Shown here piece by piece: positions 52,601 to 64,000 of a stretch of DNA of 64,000 nucleotides; within the stretch, counting starts at the first letter, position 1, and every line of letters starts with the position of its first letter. A program made the translations under genes and the position numbers. The stretch is from Balanoglossus misakiensis (Eukaryota; Animalia; Hemichordata). The notes beneath the pieces are model-generated. The model ran no database searches. It was not told where the DNA came from and worked only from the letters and a program-made list of their open reading frames with translations. Location: the NCBI GenBank assembly GCA_040954595.2, contig CM082583.2, forward strand, positions 590,542-654,541, in the 5' to 3' direction.

Positions 52601-55600
52601 TTACACCAGTCTGTGTCATATAGAGCCGGTGCACCAGCCGAGTCACGCCGTAGGAAATCTGACTTGATCAACGTGGTCAATGTACGCCTGTTTCTGCTCT
52701 AGAGTGCCGGGGCTTCAGCTGAGCCAGGCCGTAAGAAAACCCGACGTGATTACCGTTGTTAACTTACGCCAGTCTGTGTCCTATATATAGTGCCGGGGCA
52801 TCAGCCGTGCCAGGCCGAAGGAAATATGAGAAGATCAACGTGGTCTCTGTACGCGTGTTTCTGCTCTAGAGTGCCAGGGCTTTAGTTAAGCCATGCCGTA
52901 GGAAATCTGACTTGATCAAAGTTGCTAACGAACGCTAGTGTCTGTCATAGTGTGCCGGGGTTTTAGTCGAGCCAAGCCGTAGGAGATCAGACTTGATCAA
53001 CGTGGTCTCTGTACGCGTGTTTCTGCTCTAGAGTGCCGGGGCTTTATCCAAGCCATGCCGTAGAAAATCTGACTTGATCACCGTTGCTAACGTACGCTAG
53101 TGTCTGTCATATAGTGACGGAGATTTAGCCGAGCCAGGTCGTAGAAAAATCGACTTGTTCAACGTTACCAGTGTGCAACTGTTTCTGCTCTAGAGTGTCA
53201 GGGTTTTAGCCGACTTATGCTGTAGGAAATCTGAGTTGATGAACGGGAATTCAATGTTAGAAAACCCGTGTGGAAAGTATCTCTACCCGTTTGAAACTAA
53301 GAAAAGAATTTATTCTTATTTATTTTGTAAAAAAAGACAATTTTTCGAAAAAAAGTTGAAAATGGTAATTTTGTCTTGGGTGATTCAAATTATACCGCCT
53401 TTTCTGGAATTTGCAGCACTTTTTGCAAGAGAACGACACTTCATGCTCCATAATATTTCCGAAAATGAAGAAAAGAGTTAATTTTTTATGATTTTTCAAA
53501 AATTTACCATTTTTGTCAAAATATGGCCAAAATGGCTATTTTTCTTGAATTCCGTCAATATCTCTGCATTTTTGGAGTGGTCGAGAGTTTTAACATACAA
53601 TCAACATGTCATATATGATCAGGGCACCAAATTCGAAGAACAAAGGTTTTTTATTTTTTTTTTCTAAAAATGACATTTTCAAGGAAAATTTGGTAAAACG
53701 CAATTTTGTCTGCAGTGAGCCAAATTAGACGGTCTTTTGTGGAATTTGTATCGATATATACATACGAAGAGCATTCTATACTCCATCAGATTTCCGAAAA
53801 TGTAGAAAACAGGTATTTTTTTGTAATTTTCAAAAATTTACCATTTTGACCAAATTGTGGCTAAAATTGTTATTTTCGTGATGAATGCCGCCAGTGTCAC
53901 TGCTTTTAAAAGTCATAAAAACTTTTAACATACAAGCAATTGTTTATATATGATCAGGTCACCGAATTAAAAATATAAAGAATGTTTTGCCTAAAAATGA
54001 CCTTTTTGGTGCAAAAACGAATAAAACGCAATCTTGTATTAAATCAGTTCATTCAGAGTGCATGTTTTATAATAAGCACCATTTTTACATATAATGGAAA
54101 TTTCATACATCATCAGATATCCAAATATGAAAAAATGATTTATATTTTAGATGATTGTCCAAAATTAGCTGATATCTAATAAATGTAGTATTGAACCGTT
54201 CTGTCCCCCCCCCCCTTACATTATATGCGGTACGCCGATGTCAGCTTACCCAGCAGTACTGCAGGCCGTGCCCCCAACTAACGTCGGTGTTTGGAACGCC
54301 CTGGTTAAATTCGAGCTTTCTCTATAAATTGACAGGCAATAATGCAGTCCTACCCGACCAAATGTCGAGTGTTGACCCGCTGTGACTTTCCCTCTTCGGT
54401 TTGCCCGACTTAGCCAACGTCTTTGTACTAGAGTGTCGGGTCTTTTGCAGAGCCAGGCCGAAGGAAATCCGACTTGATCACCGTTGCTAACGAACGCTAG
54501 TGTCTGTCATGGTGTGCCGGGGTTTTAGTCGAGCCAGGCCGTAGGAGATCTGACGTGATCATCGTGGTCAATGTACGCGTGTTTCCGCTCTAAAGTGCCG
54601 GGGCTTCAGCTAAACCAGGCCGTAGGAAATCCGACGTAATCACCGTTGATAACTTACGCCAGTCTGTGTCATATAGAGCCGGTGCACCAGCCGAGTCACG
54701 CCGAAGGAAATCTGACTTGATCAACGTGGTCAATGTACGCGTGTTTCCGCTCTAAAGTGCCGGGGCTTCAGCTAAACCAGGCCGTAGGAAATCCTACGTA
54801 ATCACCGTTGTTAACTTACGCCAGTCTGTGTCCTATATATAGTGCCGGGGCATCAGCCGTGCCAGGCCGATGGAAATGTGAGTAGATCAACGTGGTCTCT
54901 GTACGCGTGTTTCTGCTCTAGAGTGTCAGGGCTTTAGCAAAGCCATGCCGTAGGAAATCTGACTTGATCAACGTTGCTAACGAACGCTAGTGTCTGTCAT
55001 AGTGTGCCGGGGTTTTAGTCGAGCCAAGCCGTAGGAGATCAGACTTGATCAACGTGGTCTCTGTACGCGTGTTTCTGCTCTAGAGTGCCGGGGCTTTATC
55101 CAACCCATGCCGTTGAAAATCTGACTTGATTACCATTGCTAACGTACGCTAGTGTCTGTCATATTGTGACGAGATTTAGCCGAGCCAGGCCGTAGAAAAA
55201 TCGACTTGTTCAACGTTATCAGTGTGCAACTGTTTCTGCTCTAGAGTGTCAGGGTTTTAGCCGACTTATGCTGTAGGAAATCTGAGTTGATGAACGGGTA
55301 TTCAATGTTAGAAAACCCGTGTGGAAAGTATCTCTACCCGTTTGAAACTAAGAAAAGAATTTATTCTTATTTATTTTGTAAAAAAGACAATTTTTCGAAA
55401 ACAAGTCGAAAATGGTAATTTTGTCTTGGGTGATTCAAATTATACCACATTTTCTGGATTTTGCAGCACTTTTTACAAGAGAACGACACTTCATGCTCCA
55501 TAATATTTCCGAAAATGAAGAAAAGAGTTTATTTTTTATGATTTTTTAAAAATGTACCATTTTGTCAAAATATGGCCAAAATGGCTATTTTTTCTTGAAT

Positions 55601-58600
55601 TCCGTCAATATCTCTGCATTTTTGGAGTGGTCGAAAGTTTTAACATACAATCAACATGTCATATATGATCAGGGCACCAAATTCGAAGAAGGAAGGTTTT
55701 TTTATTTTATTTTTCTAAAAATGACATTTTCAAGGAAAATTTGGTAAAACGCAATTTTGTCTGCAGTGAGCCAAATTAGACGGTCTTTTGTGGAATTGGT
55801 ATCGATATATATATACGAAGAGCATTCTATACTCCATCAGATTTCCGAAAATGTAGAAAACAGGTATTTTTTGTAATTTTCAAAAATTTACCATTTTGAC
55901 CAAATTGTGGTTAAAATTGTTATTTTCGTTATGAATGCCGCCAGTGTCACTGCTTTTAAAAGTCATAAAAACTTTTAACATACAAGCAATTGTTTATATA
56001 TGATCAGGTCACCGAATTAAAAATATAAAGAATGTTTTGCCTAAAAATGACCTTTTTGGTGCAAAAACGAATAAAACGCAATCTTGTATTAAATCAGTTC
56101 ATTCAGAGTGCATGTTTTATAATAAGCACCATTTTTACATATAATGGAAATTTCATACATCATCAGATATCCAAATATGAAAAAATGATTTAGATTTTAG
56201 ATGATTGTCCAAAATTAGCTGATATCTAATAAATGTAGTATTGAACCGTTCTGTCCCCCCCCCCTACATTATATGCGGTACGCCGATGTCAGCTTACCCG
56301 GCAGTACTGCAGGCCGTGCCCCCAAATAACGTCGGTGTTTGAAACGCCCTGGTTAAATTCGGGCTTTCTCTATAAATTGACAGGCAATAATGCAGTCCTA
56401 CCCGAACAAATGTCGAGTGTTGACCCGCTGTGACTTTCCCTCTTCGGTTTGCCCGACTTAGCCAACGTCTTTGTACTAATGTGTCGGGTCTTTTGCAGAG
56501 CCAGGCCGAAGGAAATCCGACTTGATCACCGTTGCTAACGAACGCTAGTGTCTGTCATGGTGTGCCGGGGTTTTAGTCGAGCCAGGCCGTAGGAGATCTG
56601 ACTTGATCATCGTGGTCAATGTACGCGTGTTTCCGCTCTAAAGTGCCGGGGCTTCAGCTAAACCATGCCGTAGGAAATCCGGCGTAATCACCGTTGATAA
56701 CTCACGCCAGTCTGTGTCATATAGAGCCGGTGCACCAGCCGAGTCACGCCGTAGGAAATCTGACTTGATCAACGTGGTCAATGTACGCCTGTTTCTGCTC
56801 TAAAGTGCCGGGGCTTTAGCTAAACCATGCCGTAGGAAATCCGACGTAATCACCGTTGATAACTTACGCCAGTCTGTGTCATATAGAGCCGGTGCACCAG
56901 CCGAGTCACGCCGTAGGAAATCTGACTTGATCAACGTGGTCAATGTACGCCTGTTTCTGCTCTAGAGTGCCGGGGCTTCAGCTGAGCCACGCCGTAGGAA
57001 ACCCGACGTGATTACCGTTGTTAACTTACGCCAGTCTGTGTCCTATATATAGTGCCGGGGCATCAGCCGTGCCAGGCCGAAGGAAATGTGAGTAGATCAA
57101 CGTGGTCTCTGTACGCGTGTTTCTGCTCTAGAGTGTCAGGGCTTTAGCAAAGCCATGCCGTAGGAAATCTGACTTGATCAACGTTGCTAACGAACGCTAG
57201 TGTCTGTCATAGTGTGCCGGGGTTTTAGTCGAGCCAAGCCGTAGGAGATCAGACTTGATCAACGTGGTCTCTGTACGCGTGTTTCTGCTCTAGAGTGCCG
57301 GGGCTTTATCCAACCCATGCCGTTGAAAATCTGACTTGATCACCGTTGCTAACGTACGCTAGTGTCTGTCATATTGTGACGAGATTTAGCCGAGCCAGGC
57401 CGTAGAAAAATCGACTTGTTCAACGTTATCAGTGTGCAACTGTTTCTGCTCTAGAGTGTCAGGGTTTTAGCCGACTTATGCTGTAGGAAATCTGAGTTGA
57501 TGAACGGGAATTCAATGTTAGAAAACCCGTGTGGAAAGTATCTCTACCCGTTTGAAACTAAGAAAAGAATTTATTCTTATTTTTTTTCTAAAAATGACAT
57601 TTTCAAGGAAAATTTGATAAAACGCAATTTTGTCTGCAGTGAGCCAAATTAGACGGTCTTTTGTGGAATTTGTATCGATATATACATACGAAGAGCATTC
57701 TATACTCCATCAGATTTCCGAAAATGTAGAAAACATGTATTTTTTGTAATTTTCAAAAATTTACCATTTTGACCAAATTGTGGCTAAAATTGTTATTTTC
57801 GTGTTGAATGCCGCCAGTGTCACTGCTTTTAAAAGTCATAAAAATTTTCAACATACAAGCAATTGTTTATATATGATCAGGTCACCGAATTAAAAAAATA
57901 AAGAATGTTTTGCCTAAAAATGACCTTTTTGGTGCAAAAACGAATAAAACGCAATTTTGTATTAAATCAGCTCATTCAGAGTGCATTTTTTATAATCAGC
58001 ACCATTTTTACATATAATGGAAATTTCATCCATCATCAGATATCCAAATATGAAAAAATGATTTAGATTTTAGATGATTGTCCAAAATTAGCTGATATCT
58101 AATAAATGTAGTATTGAACCGTTCTGTCCCCCCCCCCCCCCTACATTATATGCGGTACGCCGATGTCAGCTTACCCGGCAGTACTGCAGGCCGTGCCCCC
58201 AACTAACCTTGGTGTTTGAAACGCCCTGGTTAAATTCGGGCTTTCTCTATAAATTGACAGGCAATAATGCAGTCCTACCCGACCAAATGTCGAGTGTTGA
58301 CCCGCTGTGACTTTCCCTCTTCGGTTTGCCCGACTTAGCCAACGTCTTTGTACTAGAGTGTCGGGTCTTTTGCAGAGCCAGGCCGAAGGAAATCCGACTT
58401 GATCACCGTTGCTAACGAACGCTAGTGTCTGTCATGGTGTGCCGGGGTTTTAGTCGAGCCAGGCCGTAGGAAATGTGAGTAGATCAACGTGGTCTCTGTA
58501 CGCGTGTTTCTGCTCTAGAGTGCCGGGGCTTTATCCAAGCCATGCCGTAGAAAATCTGACTTGATCACCGTTGCTAACGTACGCTAGTGTCTGTCATATT

Positions 58601-61600
58601 GTGACGGAGATTTAGCCGAGCCAGGCCGTAAAAAATCGACTTGTTCAACGTTACCAGTGTGCAACTGTTTCTGCTCTAGAGTGTCAGGGTTTTAGCCGAT
58701 TTATGCTGTAGGAAATCAGAGTTGATGAACGGGAATTCAATGTTAGAAAACCGGTGTGGAAAGTATCTCTACTCGTTTGAAACTAAGAAAAGAATTTATC
58801 CTTATTTATTTTGTAAAAAAGACAATTTTTCGAAACAAAGGCGAAAATGGTAATTTTGTCATGGGTGATTCAAATTATACCGCCTTTTCTGGAATTTGCA
58901 GCACTTTTTACAAGAGAACGACACTTCATGCTCCATAATATTTCCGAAAATGAAGAAAAGAGTTAATTTTTTATGATTTTTTACAAATTTACCATTTTTG
59001 TCAAAATATGGCCAAAATGGCTATTTTTTCTTGAATTCCGTCAATATCTCTGCATTTTTGGAGTGGTCGAAAGTTTTAACATACAATCAACATGTCATAT
59101 ATGATCAGGGCACCAAATTCGAAGAACAAAGGTTTTTTTCTATTTTTTTTTCTAAAAATGACATTTTCAAGGAAAATTTGGTAAAACGCAATTTTGTCAG
59201 CAGTGAGCCAAATTGGCCGTTTTTTTGTGGAATTTGTATCGATATATGTATACGAAGAGCATTCTATACTCCATCAGATTTCCGAAAATGTAGAAAACAG
59301 GTATTTTTTGTAATTTTCAAAAATTTACCATTTTGACCGAATTGTGGCTAAAATTGTTATTTTCGTGTTGAATGCCGCCAGTGTCACTGCTTTTAAAAGT
59401 CATTAAAACTTTTAACATACAAGCAATTGTTTATATATGATCAGGTCACCGAATTTAAAGAATAAAGAATGTTGTCCCTAAAAATGACCTTTTTGGTGCA
59501 AAAACGAATAAAACGCAATTTTGTATTAAATCAGCTCATTCAGAGTGCATTTTTTATAATCAGCACCATTTTTACATATAATGGAAATTTCATACATCAT
59601 CAGATATCCAAATATGAAAAAATGATTTAGATTTTAGATGATTGTCCAAAAGTAGCTGATATCTAATAAATATAGTATTGAACCGTTCTGTTTCCCCCCC
59701 CCCCCCTACATTACATGCGGTACGCCGATGTCAGCTTACCCGTCAGTACTGCAGGCCGTGCCCACAACTAACGTCGGTGTTTGAAACGCCCTGGTTAAAT
59801 TCGGGCTTTCTCTATAAATTGACAGGCAATAATGTAGTCCTACCGGAACAAATGTCGAGTGTTGACCCGCTGTGACTTTCCCTCTTCGGTTTGCCCGACT
59901 TAGCCAACGTCTTTGTACTAGAGTGTCGGGTGTTTTGCAGAGCCAGGCCGAAGGAAATCCGACTTGATCACCGTTGCTAACGAACGCTAGTGTCTGTCAT
60001 GGTGTGCCGGGGTTTTAGTCGAGCCAGGCCGTAGGAGATCTGACTGGATCATCGTGGTCAATGTACGCGTGTTTCCGCTCTAAAGTGCCGGGGCTTCAGC
60101 TAAACCAGGCCGTAGGAAATCCGACGTAATCACCGTTGATAACTTACGCCAGTCTGTGTCATATAGAGCCGGTGCACCAGCCGAGTCACGCCGTAGGAAT
60201 CTGATTTGATCAACGTGGTCAATGTACGCCTGTTTCTGCTCTAGAGTGCCGGGGCTTCAGCTGAGCCAGGCCGTAGGAAACCCGACGTGATTACCGTTGT
60301 TAACTTACGCCAGTCTGTGTCCTATATATAGTGCGGGGCATCAGCCGTGCCAGGCCTAAGGAAATGTGAGTAGATCAACGTGGTTTCTGTACGCGTGTTT
60401 CTGCTCTAGAGTGCCAGGGCTTTAGCCAAGCCATGCCGTAGGAAATCTGACTTGATCACCGTTGCTAACGAACGCTAGTGTCTATCATAGTGTGCCGGGG
60501 TTTTAGTCGAACCAAGCCGTAGGAGATCAGACTTGATCAACGTGGTCTCTGTACGCGTGTTTCTGCTCTGGAGTGCCGGGGCTTTATCCAAGCCATGCCG
60601 TAGAAAATCTGACTTGATCACCGTTGCTAACCTACGCTAGTGTCTGTCATATTGTGACGGAGATTTAGCCGAGCCAGGCCGTAGAAAAATCGACTTGTTC
60701 AACGTTACCAGTGTGCAACTGTTTCTGTTCTAGAGAGTCAGGGTTTTAGCCGACTTGTAGAAAATCTGAGTTGATGAACGGGAATTCAATGTTAGAAATC
60801 CGTGTGGAAAGTATCTCTACCCGTTTGGAACTAAGAAAAGAATTTATTCTTATTTATTTTGTAAAAAAACAATATTTCGAAAAAAAGTCGAAAATGGTAA
60901 TTATGTCTTGGGTGATTCAAATTATACCGCCTTTTCTGGAATTTGCAGCACTTTTTACAAGAGAACGACACTTCATGCTCTATAATATTTCCGAAAATGA
61001 AGAAAAGAGTTAATTTTTTATGATTTTTTAAAAATTTACCATTTTTGTCAAAATATGGCCAAAATGGCTATTTTTTCTTGAATTCCGTCAATATCTCAGC
61101 ATTTTTGGAGTGGTCGAAAGTTTTAACATACAATCAACATGTCATATATGATCAGGCACTAAATTCGAAGAACAAAGGTTTTTTATTTTTTTTTCTAAAA
61201 ATGACATTTTCAAGGAAAATTTGGTAAAACGCAATTTTGTCTGCAGTGAGCTAAATTAGACGGTCTTTTGTGGAATTTGTATCGATATATACATACGAAG
61301 AGCATTCTATACTCCATCAGATTTCCGAAAATGTAGAAAACAGGTATTTTTTGTAATTTTCAAAAATTTACCATTTTGACCGAATTGTGGCTAAAATTGT
61401 TATTTAAGTGTTGAATGCCGCCAGTGTCACTGCTTTTAAAAGTCATAAAAACTTTTAACATACAAGCAATTGTTTATATATGATAAGGTCACCGAATTAA
61501 AAAAATAAAGAATGTTTTGACTAAAAATGACCTTTTTGGTGCAAAAACGAATAAAACGCAATTTTGTATTAAATAAGCTCATTCAGGGTGCATTTTTATA

Positions 61601-64000
61601 ATCAGCACCATTTTTACATATAATGGAAATTTCATACATCATCAGATATCCAAATATGAAAAGATGATTTACATTTTAGATGATTGTCAAAAATTAGCTG
61701 ATATCTGATAAATGTAGTATTGAACCGTTCTGTTCCCCCCCCCTACATTATATGCGGTACGCTGATGTCAGCTTACCCGGCAGTACTGCAGGCCGTGCCC
61801 CCAACTAACGTCGGTGTTTGAAACGCCCTGGTTAAATTCGGGCTTTCTCTATAAATTGACAGGCAATAATGCAGTCCTACCGGAACAAATGTCGAGTGTT
61901 GACCCGCTGTGACTTTCCCTGTTCGGTTTGCCCGACTTAGCCAACGTCTTTGTACTAGAGTGTCGGGTCTTTTGCAGAGCCAGGCCGAAGGAAATCCGAC
62001 TTGATCACCGTTGCTAACGAACGCTAATGTCTGTCATGGTGTGCCGGGGTTTTAGTCGAGCCAGGCCGTAGGAGATCTGACTTGATCATCGTGGTCAATG
62101 TACGCGTGTTTCCGCTCTATAGGGCCGGGGCTTCAGCTAAACCAGGCCGTAGGAAATCCGACGTAATCACCGTTGATAACTTACGCCAGTCTGTGTCATA
62201 TAGAGCCGGTGCACCAGCCGAGTCACGCCGTAGGAAATCTTACTTGATCAACGTGGTCAATGTACGCCTGTTTCTGCTCTAGAGTGCCGGGGCTTCAGCT
62301 GAGCCAGGCCGTGGGAAACCCGACGTGATTACCGTTGTTAACTTACGCCAGTTTGTGTCCTATATATAGTGCCGGGGCATCAGCCGTGCCAGGCCGAAGG
62401 AAATGTGAGTAGATCAACGTGGTCTCTGTACGCGTGTTTCTGCTCTAGAGTGCCAGGGCTTTAGCCAAGCCATGCCGTAGGAAATCTGACTTGATCAACG
62501 TTGCTAACGAACGCTAATGTCTGTCATAGTGTGCCGGGGTTTTAGTCGAGCCAAGCCGTAGGAGATCAGACTTGATCAACGTGGTCTCTGTACGCGTGTT
62601 TCTGCTCTAGAGTGCCGGGGCTTTATCCAAGCCATGCCGTAGAAAATCTGACTTGATCACCGTTGCTAACGTACGCTAGTGTCTGTCATATTGTGACGGA
62701 GATTTAGCCGAGCCAGGCCGTAGAAAAATCGACTTGTTCAACGTTACCAGTGTGCAACTGTTTCTGCTCTAGAGTGTCAGGGTTTTAGCCGACTTATGCT
62801 GTAGGAAATCTGAGTTGATGAACGGAAATTCAATGTTAGAAATCCGTGTGGAAAGTATCTCTACCCATTTGGAACTAAGAAAAGAATTTATTCTTATTTA
62901 TTTTGTAAAAAAACAATATTTCGAAAAAAAGTCGAAAATGGTAATTTTGTCTTGGGTGATTCAAATTATACCGCCTTTTCTGGAATTTGCAGCACTTTTT
63001 ACAAGAGAACGACACTTCATGCTCTATAATATTTCCGAAAATGAAGAAAAGAGTTAATTTTTTATGATTTTTTAAAAATTTACCATTTTTGTCAAAATAT
63101 GGCCAAAATGGCTATTTTTTCTTGAATTCCGTCAATATCTCAGCATTTTTGGAGTGGTCGAAAGTTTTAACATACAATCAACATGTCATATATGATCAGG
63201 CACTAAATTCGAAGAACAAAGGTTTTTTATTTTTTTTTCTAAAAATGACATTTTCAAGGAAAATTTGATAAAACGCAATTTTGTCTGCAGTGAGCCAAAT
63301 TAGACGGTCTTTTGTGGAATTTGTATCGATATATACATACGAAGAGCATTCTATACTCCATCAGATTTCCGAAAATGTAGAAAACAGGTATTTTTTGTAA
63401 TTTTCAAAAATTTACCATTTTGACCGAATTGTGGCTTAAATTGTTATTTTCGTGTTGAATGCCGCCAGTGTCACTGCTTTTAAAAGTCATAAAAACTTTT
63501 AACATACAAGCAATTGTTTATATATGATAACGTCACCGAATTAAAAAAATAAAGAATGTTTTGACTAAAAATGACCTTTTTGGTGCAAAAACGAATAAAA
63601 CGCAATTTTGTATTAAATCAGCTCATTCAGAGTGCATTTTTATAATCAGCACCATTTTTACATATAATGGAAATTTCATACATCATCAGATATCCAAATA
63701 TGAAAAGATGATTTACATTTTAGATGATTGTCAAAAATTAGCTGATATCTGATAAATGTAGTATTGAAATGTTCTGTTCCCCCCCCCCCTACATTATATG
63801 CGGTACGCTGATGTCAGCTTACCCGGCAGTACTGCAGGCCGTGCCCCCAACTAACGTCGGTGTTTGAAACGCCCTGGTTAAATTCGGGCTTTCTCTATAA
63901 ATTGACAGGCAATAATGCAGTCCTACCGGAACAAATGTCGAGTGTTGACCCGCTGTGACTTTCCCTGTTCGGTTTGCCCGACTTAGCCAACGACTTTGTA
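28619..64000. repeat. Same macrosatellite array, right arm (~17-18 units; continues beyond window end)
   Basis: The marker recurs at 28734, 30785, 33165, ~35214, 37267, ~39319, 41368, 44591, 46643, 48531, 50093, ~52138, 54191, 56241, 58114, 59678, ~61720 and ~63764. The sequence resumes exactly in register after the LTR element. Confidence 0.99.
43147..43333 (+). mobile_element. 5'-truncated non-LTR retrotransposon fragment (L2/CR1 group LINE 3' end), 187 bp
   Basis: Absent from all other units and flanked by AACGCT (43141-43146 and 43334-43339). It encodes NIFKRNLKTYLFTRFYV* (43148-43201), the FKxxLKTYLF ORF2 C-terminus typical of L2/CR1. It has a 3' stem-loop AATGCGCT...AGCGCATT (43274-43302) and a (TAA)n tail (43315-43333). 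Confidence 0.9.

Noticed and set aside
62082-62282. 81-bp monomer equals 27 codons, so a possible repeat-protein exon
   Set aside because: In-frame stops (e.g. within CTCTAGAG) recur on both strands in most dimers, the 85-bp monomer breaks frame, and there is no zinc-finger or other known repeat motif.
780-63752. Recurrent 60-112-aa ORFs in the satellite (MSKYGQNGY..., MNRSVPPPP..., MESISTRLK...)
   Set aside because: They mostly have TTG/GTG starts and K/F/N-rich translations of A/T runs. Frames change between copies with homopolymer length, and there are no recognisable domains.

Overview
Eukaryotic (probably invertebrate) heterochromatin-type DNA with no host genes. About 90% of the window is a head-to-tail array of ~28 copies of a composite ~2.05-kb macrosatellite. 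Each unit has three parts: a GC/CpG-rich block of ~81-bp monomers arranged as ~162-bp A/B dimers, an AT-rich block of degenerate ~167-bp monomers arranged as ~333-bp dimers, and a ~250-bp single-copy spacer with a variable poly-C tract and a TATAAA. Unit lengths change only in whole-dimer steps, and diagnostic variants show multi-kb block duplications. Two insertions interrupt the array. One is a young full-length BEL/Pao LTR retrotransposon (22156-28618; 410-bp LTRs differing at 3 positions; one ~1805-aa gag-pol ORF with an apparent short in-frame deletion in RNase H). The other is a 187-bp 5'-truncated L2/CR1-type LINE end with a (TAA)n tail and a 6-bp TSD (43147-43333). The short ORFs in the satellite are judged spurious. 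All alignments and counts were done by eye.
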